Below, piece by piece: positions 51,260 to 63,289 of a stretch of 64,000 nt of DNA; within the stretch, counting starts at the first letter, position 1; every line of letters begins with the position of its first letter. The DNA comes from Hemiscyllium ocellatum (lineage: Eukaryota), in the NCBI RefSeq assembly GCF_020745735.1, contig NC_083447.1, positions 12,728,035-12,792,034 of the forward strand, in the 5' to 3' direction. The notes beneath the pieces are model-generated. The model saw only the letters and a list, made by a program, of their open reading frames with translations. It was not told the origin of the DNA and did not search any database. The position numbers were made by a program, and so were the translations under genes.

Positions 51260-54115
51260 AGAGTAGGAACAGAAGTAAGCCATTCAGCCCTTCAAGCATG
51301 CTCCACCATTCAAAATGATCATGGCTGATTATCCAACTCCGTCCCTTGTTCCCACTTCGTTCCCATATTCTTTGATCCCTTTAGTCCTAGAACAAATCTA
51401 CATCTATCTCGAAAGCCTTCAATGTTTTGACCTCAATAGTTTCTTGCGGCAGAGAATTCCACAGGCTTACCACTCATTGGGTGAAGAAATTCTTCCTCAT
51501 TTCAGTCCTGAATGAACCATCCTTAATGCTTAGACTACAACTCTTGGTTCTGGAGTCCTCGATCATCGAAAACTTCCTTTCTACATCTACACCATCTAAT
51601 CCCTTTAGAATTCTATAGATTTCTATAAAATTGCCATCCATTTTTCTAAACGCCAATGAATATAGTCCTAACCAATCAAGTCTCTCCTTATATATCAGTC
51701 CTACCATCCCAGGAATCAGTATGGAAAACTTCCTTTGCACTCCCTCCATAGCCAGAACATCCTTCCTCAGACAAGGAGACCAAAACTGTGCAACATTCTC
51801 CAGGTGTGGTCTGACCATGGTACAGTACAGTTGCAGCAACACATCCTAGCTTGTGTACTCGAAGCTTCACACTATGAAAGCCAATATCATTTAGCTTCTT
51901 CACCACCTGCTTTATATGCAATGCTTACTTTCAGGGACTGGTGTATAAGGACACCAAGGTCTTTTTTCACATCCTGTTTCCCAACCTACCCCCCACTTAG
52001 ATAATAATCTGCCTTCCTATTTACATTTATCCACATTATACTGCCATGCATTTGGCCATTCACTTGTACAAATCACACTGAAGCTGCACTGCGTCCTCCT
52101 CACAGCATCCCCTGCCATTCGGATTTGTGTCATCTGCAAATTTGGAGATGTGACATGTTTCCCCATCGAAATCATAATATTAAGCTGGAAAGGGTTCAAC
52201 AGAGATTTACCAGGATGTTGTTGGATATGGAAGGTTTGAGTTATAAAGATAGGCTGAGACTTTCTTCACTGGAGCATAGGAGGTTGAGAGGTGACCTTAT
52301 AGAACTTTGTAAAATAATGAGGGTTATAGATAGAGTTAATGGGAGTTGTCATTTCCCTAGGGTGGGGGTTTTCAAGTCTAGGGGTCATATTTGTAAGATG
52401 AGAGGAGAGAAACTTTAAAAAGACATTTTTTTTACAGAGGGTGGTTTGCATTTGGAATGAATTTACTGAGGAAATGGTGGATGTGGGAAAAATTACAATG
52501 TTTAAAAGACATTTGGCTAAGTACTTGAATAGCGCTGAAAATGTGTTGCTGGAAAAGCGCAGCAGGCCAGGCAGCATCCAAGGAGAAGGAGAGTCAACGT
52601 TTCCGGCATGAGCCCTTCTTCAGGAATGAGGAAAGTGTGTCCAGCAGGCTAAGATAAAAGGTAAGGAGGAGGGGCTTGGGGGAGGGGCGATAGGTGGAAG
52701 GAGGTCCAGGTGAGGGTGATAGGCCGGAGTGGGGGTGGGGGCGGAGAGGTCAGGAAGAAGATTGCAGGTTAGGAGGGCGGTGCTGAGTTGGAGGGATTAG
52801 ACTGAGACAAGGTTCCTAACCTGCAATCTTTCCTGACCTCTCCGCCCCCACCCCCACTCTGACCTATCACCCTCACCTTGACCTCCTTCCACCTATCGCA
52901 TTTCCAACACCCTCCCCCAAGTCCCTCCTCCCTACCTTTTATCTTAACCTGCTGGACATACTTTCCTCATTCTTGAAGAAGGGCTCATGCCTGAAATGTC
53001 GACTCTCCTGCTCCTTGGATGCTGCCTGACCTGCTGCGCTTTTCCAGCAACACATTTTCAGCTCTGATCTCCAGCATCTGCAGTCCTCACTTTCTCCTAA
53101 GTACTTGAATAGGAAAGGTTAGGTGAGATATGGGTCAGGAGTAGGAGGTGGGCCTAGTTTAGTTTGGAATATAGTTTGGCCTGAACTGCTTGTACTGAAG
53201 GGTCTGTTTCTGTGCTGTATGACGATAATAGCTGGAGTCCAAGCTCTGATCCCTGTGATACACCACTGGTCACTGGATGCCACTCAGAAAAAAATCCTTC
53301 CTCTTTATTTCCTGTCTGCCAACCAGTTCTCAATCCATTTCTGTATGCAATCCCCAATCCCATACACTTTAATCTTACATGCTGATCTCTTATGTAGGAT
53401 ATTATTGAAAGCCTTCTGAAAATCAAAATAAACCACATCCACTGGCTCTTCCTTATCCACTCTACTAGTTACATCCTCAAAACATTCCAAATATATTTGT
53501 CAAGCATGACTTCTCATTTGTAAGTTATTGCTGACTGTATCTGATCCTGTCACTGTTTTCCAAATGCTATGCTATTACATCTTTTTATAATGAACTATGG
53601 CATTTTCCCTATTACCAATGTCCATTTAATCGGTCCACAATTCACTGATTTCTTTCTGTCGCCTTCCTTAAATAGTGGGGTTACATTAGCTCCCCTACAA
53701 CCTTTAGGAACTGTTCTAGAGTCTGTAGAATTCTGGAAAATTACCATTAACCCACCTGTCTTTTCTAGGGCCACTTTCTCAAGTGTTGTGGGATGAAGGT
53801 TATCAGGCCATAGGGATTTATTTGCTTTTAATCTCATTAGTTCCCCCAAAATCATTTCGCTACTAATTTATTTCAATTCCTCCTTCCCATTACACCCCGA
53901 GATCTCCCATATTTTTTGGGATGTTATTTGTCTCTTCCTTTGAGAAGAACAAAACTAAAGTATGTATTTAGTTTATCTGTCATCCCTTTGTGCCCAATTA
54001 TAAGTTCCCCTGTTTCTGACTACAGGGGACCTATAATCGTTTTTACAAAGCTTTTTCTCTTCATGTACCAACAGAAGCTTTTGCCCTTGATCTATATGTT
54101 TCCTGCATGCTCACC
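51260..54115 (-). mobile_element. CR1 LINE split by an oppositely oriented CR1 (about 52150-53225), which itself contains a PLE hairpin
   Basis: Minus-strand RT motifs are continuous across the insert: VYFDFQKAF and VTSGVSQGS (53490-53240), then the FADD region and C-terminus (52145-51474). Plus-strand LERVQQRFTRM fragment lies between. Confidence 0.78.
52532..53097 (+). mobile_element. PLE terminal-repeat fold-back insertion (about 240-bp arms) with TSD
   Basis: 52532-52773 is the reverse complement of about 52815-53064; 33-nt tail; direct repeat CTAAGTACTTGAATAG at 52517-52532 and 53097-53112; a degenerate hammerhead core in each arm. Confidence 0.88.
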
Positions 54116-54399
54116 TCGTCACACAAAACAAGAGAAAGCCATTCTGTTACAAGATTCCATTAGATCATTTCTGATCGTTGCCTTAAGTCCATCTAACTGT
54201 CTTGGCTCCATATCCCTTAATACATGTATACAACAAAAAAATGATCAATCTCAGTTTTGAAAGTTTCAACTGACACTAACTTGAACAGATTTTGAGGCAA
54301 TGATGATGAGTGGTAATGTCACTGGAATTCAGGTGTTTATTTTTGAAACTGCAATAGTGCAGAGGTTGTATTTTTCAATATGAAAGCCCAAAATCAAAT

Positions 54400-55105
54400 C
54401 CATCCTAATCCAGTGAGTATTGTATTTTGGTAAAATAAACAAGGGCAGGACTTATACAGTTAAAAGTAGGGCCTTGGGTAGTTGTTAAACCTAATGATAG
54501 AGCAGCGCTTCGAAAGCTTGTGATTTCACATAAACCTGTTGGACTATAATCTGGGGTTGCATGATGTCTGACTTTGTCCACCCCAGTCCAACACCGATAC
54601 CTCCACATCACAAGTAAAAGTAGGGCCTTGGGTAGTATTGTAGAATAAACAGAAACTTTGGGGTTCAGGTACACAGTTGTTTGAAGTTTGCATCACATAT
54701 AGATCGGATGGTTAAGAAGGCCTTCAGCAGACTTGCCTTCATTGCTCAGACCTTTTGAGTGTAGGAGTTGAGAAGTCATGTTAAGGTTATACAGGACATT
54801 GATGAGGCCTCTTCTGAAGTACTGTGTCCAGTTCTGGTTGCCCTGTTGTAGGAAGGATATTATTAAGCTGAAAAGGATTCAGAAGAGATTTACCAGAATG
54901 TTGCCGGGAATGGAGGGTTTGAATTATAAGGAGAGGCTGGATAGGCTAGGAGTGTAGCCTATTTTTAAATAAGTACATGAAAAAGAAATGTTTGGAGGAA
55001 TATGGACCCAGTACAGGCAGGTGGGATTAGTTTAGTTTGGGATTATGTTCGGCATGGACTGGTTGAACCGAAGGGTCTGTTTCCGTGCTAGATGACTCTC
55101 TGACT
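54400..55105 (+). mobile_element. CR1 LINE 3' fragment
   Basis: LGVQVH...YRTLMRPLL.YCVQFW...RIQKRFTRMLPG and CR1 tail. Confidence 0.78.
54487..54612 (+). mobile_element. Second PLE-like terminal family copy inside a CR1, with a 22-bp duplication
   Basis: CTAATGATAGAGCAGCGCTTCGAAAGCTTGTG...; TAAAAGTAGGGCCTTGGGTAGT at 54461-54482 and 54615-54636. Confidence 0.65.
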
Positions 55106-56294
55106 TTACCGAGTGACACACATTTAAAGAGAAGGCCACTTAGCCTCTTCAGCCAAATCTGGCTAATGCTCTGGGAACGTGTGTTCAAGGAGGAAATGTG
55201 ATCAATAATCTGAGATATAAATTAATCTCAGGAATGGTGATCATGACAAATATTATTGATTATCAAAAAAAAATTGGTTGCAGTGTACTTGAAGGAGGGA
55301 AATCTGCTGACCTTCCCATAGGCGAACACGTCACTCCAGTCCCACGGCACTGCAGTTGACTCCCTCCGGAATGGCCTTTGCTCTGCTCAAGGGTGTTGAA
55401 GGAAGGGCAACAAATGCTGGCCTTGAGAGTGATGCCACATCTCCTGCAACAGTGAGAGGCGGAAAGGAATGTCGATAACGAGATTCCGAGAGGTCTGGTA
55501 GAATAAAGAAATCTACAGACAGAGGGACATTATTTATACCGCAGAAGTGGAACATTGGATGCATGTAAAGCTATTAACATCTGCTTCAGGGGGGTAATTG
55601 AAGTGTTCTGCAATTCCTGGCAGGTATGTTTTTTTTGAATGCAGTAATGAGGCTCTAAGAAACTCTTAATTGCCTACAATCAGTGCTATTCACAGCTTTC
55701 ATCCTGCAAGTGCTCGCAATTGAAGCTGAAGCCCCCATGGGCTAAGAGGAAATGTGTTTTACAGCAAATTACAAAATGCCGTGGAACTCAAATCATCCCT
55801 GTGGGTGGGAGGAAGAGACGCTTGGAATAATGTACTTTGTAATTTAGTGACAAGAAAGAGATTAGAGTCAGAACACAGGCAGATATTTGATCGGGACAGT
55901 TTGGGAGATGTGCTTCAATAAAAGTAAAGTTCTGCAAATGCCCGAGATCTGAAATAAAAATAGACATTGCTGGAGAAACTCACCAGGTCTGACAGCATCT
56001 GTAGAGAGAGAAACAGAATTAACCATTTGGGTCCAGTCTGATTTCTACAGAACAGGAGTACTCCAGACTATTAAAGTAGGGAGATGTGTTTCACCAGTAC
56101 CTAGGAACAGGAGGAGGCCATTCACCCTTGAACTTGTTCTCCCATCCAATAAAGATATACTATAATTACTCTGTATCTTAACTCCATCCACCCACCTAAG
56201 CTCCTCAATACCCTCACTGAATAAAAATCAATCAATCTGAGGTTTGAAATTTTCAGTTGGTCTGCAATGTCTGGAGAATTTTTTTTGATTTTGA

Positions 56295-56670
56295 TTTGAT
56301 TTATTATTGTCACATGTACCCTGGTACAGTGCAGAGTTTTGTTTTGTGTGCAATTCAGGGGCAGATCATACCATACAACGATTATAGAGTGAAAGAACAA
56401 AGCAAGGCATACAATGCTATAGCTGCAAAGAAAGTGCATAAAAGACAAGATCAACATTAGATCTGAATTTTGAGAGGTCCATTCAGAAATCTAATAACAG
56501 CGGGGAAGAAGCTGTTCTTAAATCTGTTGGTACGTCTGCTTAAGATTTTGCATCTTCTACTTGATGGAAGAGGTTATAACCGGGTTGGGCGGGGTCTTTG
56601 GTGATGTTGGCTGCCTTTCCGAGGCAGCGAGAAGTGTAGATAGAGTCAATGGATGGAAGGTTGGCTTGTG
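56295..56670 (-). mobile_element. Rex1/Babar-like LINE 3' fragment
   Basis: Minus strand LPSIDSIYTSRCLGKAANITKDPAQPG...RFKNSFFPAVIR, followed by AATAAA and a short-repeat tail. Confidence 0.62.
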
Positions 56671-57233
56671 TTCACAACTCTCCTCCCCTTTGGTGGGAGA
56701 TGAGTTCAGAGATTTCCAGTCTCCTTGGTGCTTTCTGATGTCAGCTCTCAACAGCCTGCCTTGCAATTTAACACAAAGCACCCCCTCTACTCTCTTGCTC
56801 TGGAGTGCCCCTCCCCAACCTGACGAGGTAGCTTCTCACTGTCTCCCACAACCTTCACTCAGGTAGAGCACATCAATTTGACCTTCAATCCTCAAAAGCC
56901 GTGGGAATACAAATCTGGTATGTCCAATGGAAGCCTTACTGGGACTTTTAAAGGCACTTTATAATTGAAGAAAGTTGTTGTTTAAGTCAAGTGACTTAAT
57001 TATGAACCTTATGCCAGCTCAGTTAGATGGGGGTGATGGCAGACAGGAAACTGCTATCATGGATCTAAAAGGGATAACACTGAAGAGTGTTCTTAGCACC
57101 ACTCACTATGATGATATTATATGAACTTGTGAGCAGACCAGCTAAGGTTCTTGAAGAAGGGAAACCTGACATCCAGGACCTCCTCAAAGAATCCATAACT
57201 GTGTCTATCATATCTATGTGGCTTATAATTTGC

Positions 57234-57550
57234 TGATTAGATTAGATTAGACTTACAGTGTGGAAACAGGCCCTTCGGCCCAACAAGTCCACACCGACCC
57301 GCCGAAGCGCAACCCACCCATACCCCTACATTTACCCCTTACCTAACACTAGGGCAATTTAGCTTGGCCAATTCACCTGACCCGCACATCTTTGGACTGT
57401 GGGAGGAAACCGGAGCACCCGGAGGAAACCCACGCAGACACGGGGAGAACGTGCAAACTCCACACAGTCAGTCGCCCAAGTCGGGAATTGAACCCGGGTC
57501 TACAGGCGCTGTGAGGCAGCAGTGCTAACCACTGTGCCACCGTGCCGCCC
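57234..57550 (-). mobile_element. HE1-like V-SINE, young full-length copy
   Basis: Nearly identical to 961-1263. Partial sister copies at about 57952-58126 and 60570-60670. Confidence 0.87.
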
Positions 57551-60500
57551 AAGTGAAATAAAGTGATGTGATGTGAAATAAATTACATCTTGACAATGAC
57601 AAGAGTTAGACTAGGAAGTGGTTTTCCTATCCCACATGAGACTAGGCAGTTCCCCACACTTAATGGGGATGGAGGCTGCAATCTCCACCATGAGCAGCAG
57701 CTCACACAGCACCATGATTTGACAACGGAGACAATGGAGTTGATCACCTCAAGTCAGCCACTATCTTATTGAATAGCAGAGCAGACTCAAGGGCTGAATG
57801 GCCTCCACCTGCTCCTCGGTCCTGTGTTCCCATCAACTTTCCATTGAAACCTCATTGAATCCAAACTCCATATTAATAGAGGGTTAGAAGCCATGCAAGT
57901 TTTCTGTACATTGTTAATTGACCTGTTGAGGTACATCATGACACTCTCGGGTAGATTAGATTAGATTATATTAGATTAGATTACTTACAGTGTGGAAACA
58001 GGCGCCGAAGCGCAACCCACCCATACCCCTACATTTACCCCTTACCTAACACTACGGGCAATTTAGCATGGCCAATTCACCTGACCCGCACATCTTTGGA
58101 CTGTGGGAGGAAACCGGAGCACCCGGATAAAAGGAGGACCTTTTATCTTAAACCAATATTGTGAAAGGAGTGTCCAACTCATCAGATGAAGGAGACCTAT
58201 TGAGGATTTGTGCTTTACAAATGGGCTAAATCAGTCATGATAAAAAAAAGAACAGCATTAATTACCAAAAGGATTCTGTTATGATTTCCTGAGGCTGAGA
58301 GAATGCTCCTCAAACTGGGCCTTGAGCCACTTGTCTCATTGCATCCGTGCTGCTAATTTCTCCCATTTTGATTCACATACATACTCCATACAGGACCAAC
58401 GGGCAGCTTGTATCACACGCCTGATGGTGGGGTGGAACAAAAATGAGAGGCTAGAAAGAGAGGGTGAAAACTAACTGGAGAATGAAGGAGGGAGTAAGAA
58501 AGTGAGAAAAATGAGGAATGAAGACAAAGGAATTAAACTGAAGAGACTTGCAGCAGGAGGGAGGGAGCAAGGAAGGGTCATAGAGACATAGAGATGTACA
58601 GCATGGAAATAGACCCTTCGGTCCAACTCATCAATGCCGACCAGATATTCTCACGATGGAGAATATGAGTTTAAGAGAGAATGTGGGATTTGTGTTGATA
58701 GACAATTTTTTTATCATCAGTGTAATCTCGATGGGCCGAATGGTTTATTCTGCACTATATGCTTCAGTTATTCTAAAGATAAAAGTGTGAGGACTCAGTA
58801 GAAAGGTGGAAGCAGGAAGCAGTGGCGAGATATAGAAGGGAAAAGAGGAATTGAATGAGAGATCAAAGAGGTATGAGAAGATAAAGGATGGATGGAGAGA
58901 GGCTTGGCTGTTGTGAGTCAGCGTCCCTGGAACATTTTCCATGTCTAGGGTGACACGAGGCAGATAAAATGCTTAGAGCTGCTTTTCATGGCTTATTTTT
59001 CCTGGCGGGGGCGATGAAATTGAAGACGGGATCTGTATGAGAGGATCCAGACCACATCACATATAACTAAAACAGGAATCTCTTGCTCTCTTACTACCTA
59101 CCATTCGCAAGTGTTGGAAGGGTTGGCGAGTCAATCCACACAAATCTGACCATGTTATACAAACACCTTGCTTGACTATCAAGGCCTGTAGAGGGTCTGA
59201 CTCAGAGGCAGGGATGACACCCTTCGTCCTTGGAACTGCACCCAGCAAAGTCATTCCCCCCCCCCTCCCCCCAGCCCCACTTCCCCAGGGAGGGGTTGAG
59301 GTGGCAGTTATGGAACACCTGAGCGTAATCCCTCAGCAAGTTAAGCTTGGGTTAGCACGTCAACCTTGCAAGCAGTGATCAAAGTGGGCAGAAACTTCCA
59401 GGACTTCGTTCCAGTTCTGAACCAGCAGCCAGTGCCCATCCCCAGTACTGAGCCAGTGCAGAAATACAGCTGAGCACTGGCTCCAGGGAGCAATCCCTTG
59501 GCACCCCAAGCTCGCCTGTAGGAGTAGGACAATTTGCAGCACCCACAGCCACAGAAAGGAAATAGCCCCCGTTTTGTTGGCACATCCCCCTGACAGGAGC
59601 AGGGTGGGCACTAGGACCAAGGAGAATCCCTGCAGTCAGTGGCAAGTCTAGGATTAATTGGAGAGGTAGTTTGGCAAGACTGCTCTTTATGATTGACTGG
59701 ATTCAGAGGTCTTTATTTCAGAAAACTTTCAACAGATAGACCCTGTTGCTGCTCTCCTGGGTGCCAGAAAGCACATTCCTGATGGGGGTTTGTTTAAAGA
59801 AACGGAAATCCTAAGAGCGGAGCTCATTGTCACATCTCTCCCAGCGTCTCCTGGTAAGTCGTTCAGTTATCTCTGTGTTCCTTCATCCCTTCATTCCTAA
59901 CCAAATAGCCAGCCAACCGATACCCCCTCCCTCCTTTCCAACACTTGGTCCACATCCCTGTGGGTTACAGCACTCCACAACCACATCCAAGCAATTTCAG
60001 TTAATGAGCTGAGGGTCTCTGCTCCCCATATCGCCCTCTCCCTCTGTGGGAACAATGTCCCCTTAAATCCACTCTCCTTATCCTCAGCCTGTGGGGAGAA
60101 ATTCCGCAGCCAAATTGGGGAAAACAAGTTTCAACTTGCGAGCATCCTAAAAACCCAGCCAGAAAACGCTGCAAGTGCCTGTGAGGGGTCAGAAAAACAA
60201 CGCACACAATTAGTTTGCGTGACTCCCACCTCCCATGTCTCTCTTGTTTGGATCCCTTTCTCTCGATACCATTCTCACTTTAATCTCTCTCTCTTGCAGT
60301 TCTCGTTCCTTACCCCCCTCCCGCTATCCCGTTCTGCTAGTCCACCTCTTCCTTCTCGATTTCAACAACAATCCTGCGTTGATGTAGCTTCTTAAATGCG
60401 CCCCAAGGTGTTTTCACGGCAGCTACCATGAGACAAATTTTGCAAACTACCTGAGGAGATTTTAGGTCAAATGGTTAAAGAGATGGATTTTAAAGAAAAG

Positions 60501-61029
60501 ATTAAAAGAGGAAAAGGAGACAGAGAGACAAAGCGGGTTGGGGTGTGTTTTCCATATGTGTGTATCCATATTAGATTAGATTTCCTACAACCCTTCGGCC
60601 CAACAAGTCCACACCGACCCTCCGAACAGTAACTCACCCCCCCTCTGACTAATGCACCTAACAACTATGGACTGAGATGCTGTCTTTGACTGTATATCTG
60701 TTTGTGCGATTATGTCTATATATCCTCATCAGATCCGGCTGGATTTGGGTTTTAAAGGACATGTGGTTAGATAAGAAAAAAACACGATCTCCTCAGGGTT
60801 GGAGTGCCTTCCTCCTCAATTGTAGCTCTATTCTTTTCACCCATGGTAATGCCTACCCCAGAGCTCTGTGGTATAAAGGAGTGTCGCAATTCTGATAAAG
60901 AATTATTGAACTCTGTTTTCTCCCAACTGATACTCCCAGGTCTGCTGAGTTTCTCTAGCAATTTCTGCATTTCTTTTTGGATCTCCAGCATCCAGAGTTC
61001 TTTGTTTTATATTTATCTGTTTAGCTTGT

Positions 61030-61720
61030 CTGTCAGTGTGTTTTTGCATCTCTGATTTTACGTGTGTGTCTGCCTGAATCTGAATGTGTGTGTATCTCTG
61101 TGTACATGTGAAAATGTGTGGCTGTGAGGATGTGTGTCCGTGTCTCACTATGTGTCTGTCTGTGTGAAATTGTCTTTGTGTATATCTCTGTACACATGTG
61201 AAAGTGTGTGCAGGTGTGTGGGTATGGATTTGTCTGTGTAGAGGGATTATACGTCTGTGTGTATCTGTCTCTGTGCAAATCTCTGCGTATATGTCTCTGT
61301 GTATGTGTTGGGTGTGGGAGTTATGTATCTGTGTCTTTCTATGTCTCTGTGTGGATGAATGTGCATATGGCAGAGGTTGTGTGTCTCCCTACACCTGTCT
61401 GTATGTCGGGTAGTATAGAGATGAGAGTGTGTCTATGTGACTGTCTATGCATATGTGTCTCTGTGAATCTCTATATATATATGTCTCTGTCTTTATCTTG
61501 GGGAGTATGGGCAGGGAGCTATGTGTCTGTATTGGGGTGAGTTTTGTCTCTACATCTATGTATGTGTGGGTGTGTTTGCCTGTGTGTTGAAGTTTGTGTG
61601 GGTCTGTCTGTGTCTCACTCTGTGTTGGGGAATGTTGGGTGTGGATGTGTAAATGTAGGAAGGTGTTGATTGTTTTCCTGTCTCTATACAGTACATCTAT
61701 CTGCTGTTGTGTGGGAGTGT
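61030..61720 (+). repeat. TG-rich low-complexity tract
   Basis: Degenerate (TG/TC)n. Confidence 0.85.
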
Positions 61721-62830
61721 GTAACTTTTTTTTGCTGTGTTATTTCACTGCTTTTTCCACCTGCTAACTACTGATTCATGCAGTCTTGCAAAGGCCTCAT
61801 TATTCACAAGAGTGCTTGGCATAGCTCTGTTAAACTGTACACTCTCTGCACTTAAAGTTAATTGAGTCATTGGCAAAATTGATGGAACTGGTTCCCACAC
61901 AGAAAGGCGACAGTTTCAGAGGAGAGCTATTTTTGAGATACTAATGAGAAAACTAGGAAGAGAGGCATGATCCAGTGTTCAGGATATGGCCAAGGGTGAG
62001 AAGAGTCGAGTGGAAATCAGAAAGAAGGAATGCAGCCCCATCTCTGAGGAGATGGTTGTCTTTTCCTTCCTAAGCACATTGTCCTCTAAATGTCAACCCC
62101 AAACCTTCCCTAAGACCCCAAACCACCACCTACTGCCCCAAGCCCCCGACTTACCTGGGTATGGGGTTCGATGGGCCTCCTCTTTCACGAGTCTGCCCAC
62201 AGTCCTGGCAGTGCCCACTATGCGGTATAAGTAACGTCCCCGTTACAGTCACTTTTGAACTTGAAGCATTAACTCTGTCTCACTCTCCACAGATGCTGCT
62301 GGACTTGGTGAGTTTCTCCAGCATTTGAGTTGTTACCACCAGAACAGATTATCTACCCATTAGCTGTTATTGGGAGCTTGCTGTATGCATTTGGCTCTTA
62401 CATTTCTTATATTTTATCAATGGATCCACTTATAAAAAAGCAGGGAATTGATCATAAAGTAAGCTGACAGCACCAATAATGTTTTTTCATCAGCCAGTTC
62501 ACACACACCTCAAGAACAGGTGGAACTTTTGATTCACAGGTAGGGTCACTATCATTCTGTAACAAGAGCTCTGAAAATTCTGAAGCAACATCTCCTTTGC
62601 TGAACATGTTCAGATATGTTTTGAGATTCCCCCGGGGCAAATGGAACTTGAACCCAGACCTTGTAGCCCAGAAGCAGGGAAAGGTCCCAGCATGCCACAG
62701 GAATGGTACTACATCTTTTACGAAAATTTGAAGATTTCAATTGTTCAATTTCTAAAAAAGAAAACTTACTTTGTTTGACAGACACAATGCGGACCATCTA
62801 TTAACATTAGGGGGAAGACACTCTTACGGA

Positions 62831-63271
62831 ATGGATGATCTGTGTGAGCTTCAGAGACCCCTGTTAGGAAAGCAGGTGAGTGGCAAACCGTTTAGTCATG
62901 TACTGCCTGGAGGAACCTCAGCCAAGGAGGGGCCCACATCTCCCCACGGCCCCACGCCAACCTGCAACCAGCTGGTACCAGGCAGCTCTCCTGCCAGCAC
63001 GGACTCCCAGTTGGTCCCACAACTCCTGGACACATGCTCACTGCAGAACACTGTCGAGTCTCTCTACTGCCCAAGCCTAATGCTGCATGCAGACCTGAGG
63101 GTCTGGGCTAGCTCGAAGCACTGCACCGAGACCACTTTCACTGAGAATGGACCTGGGGAGCAGAAGATTGGAAATTCCAAAGAGCCCAAGGTTCTGGAAT
63201 CGGAGGCTGGTCAGGCAAAAGTTCCGACTGTCTCAGTCGATGTGGAGGACCTTCCCTATCTGGAGACACAG
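62831..63271 (+). CDS. TMEM91: Transmembrane protein 91 (SYNDIG1/dispanin family), first coding exon; the TM-encoding exons lie beyond the window
   Basis: MDDLCELQRPLL resembles TMEM91 ELQQPLL and SYNDIG1L LSELQNPLL. QLLDTCSLQNTVESLYCPS, CTETTFTE and VPTVSVDVED match SYNDIG1/SYNDIG1L motifs. Acceptor TTTGACAG| at 62781, donor CAG|GTAAAT after 63271 (441 nt, phase 0). Orthology comes from the head-to-head position next to B9D2. Confidence 0.82.
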
Positions 63272-63289
63272 GTAAATGGTTCCTTGTTT

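Noticed and set aside
61033-61540. Cys/Val-rich and His/Thr-rich ORFs
   Set aside because: Artefacts of the TG low-complexity tract.
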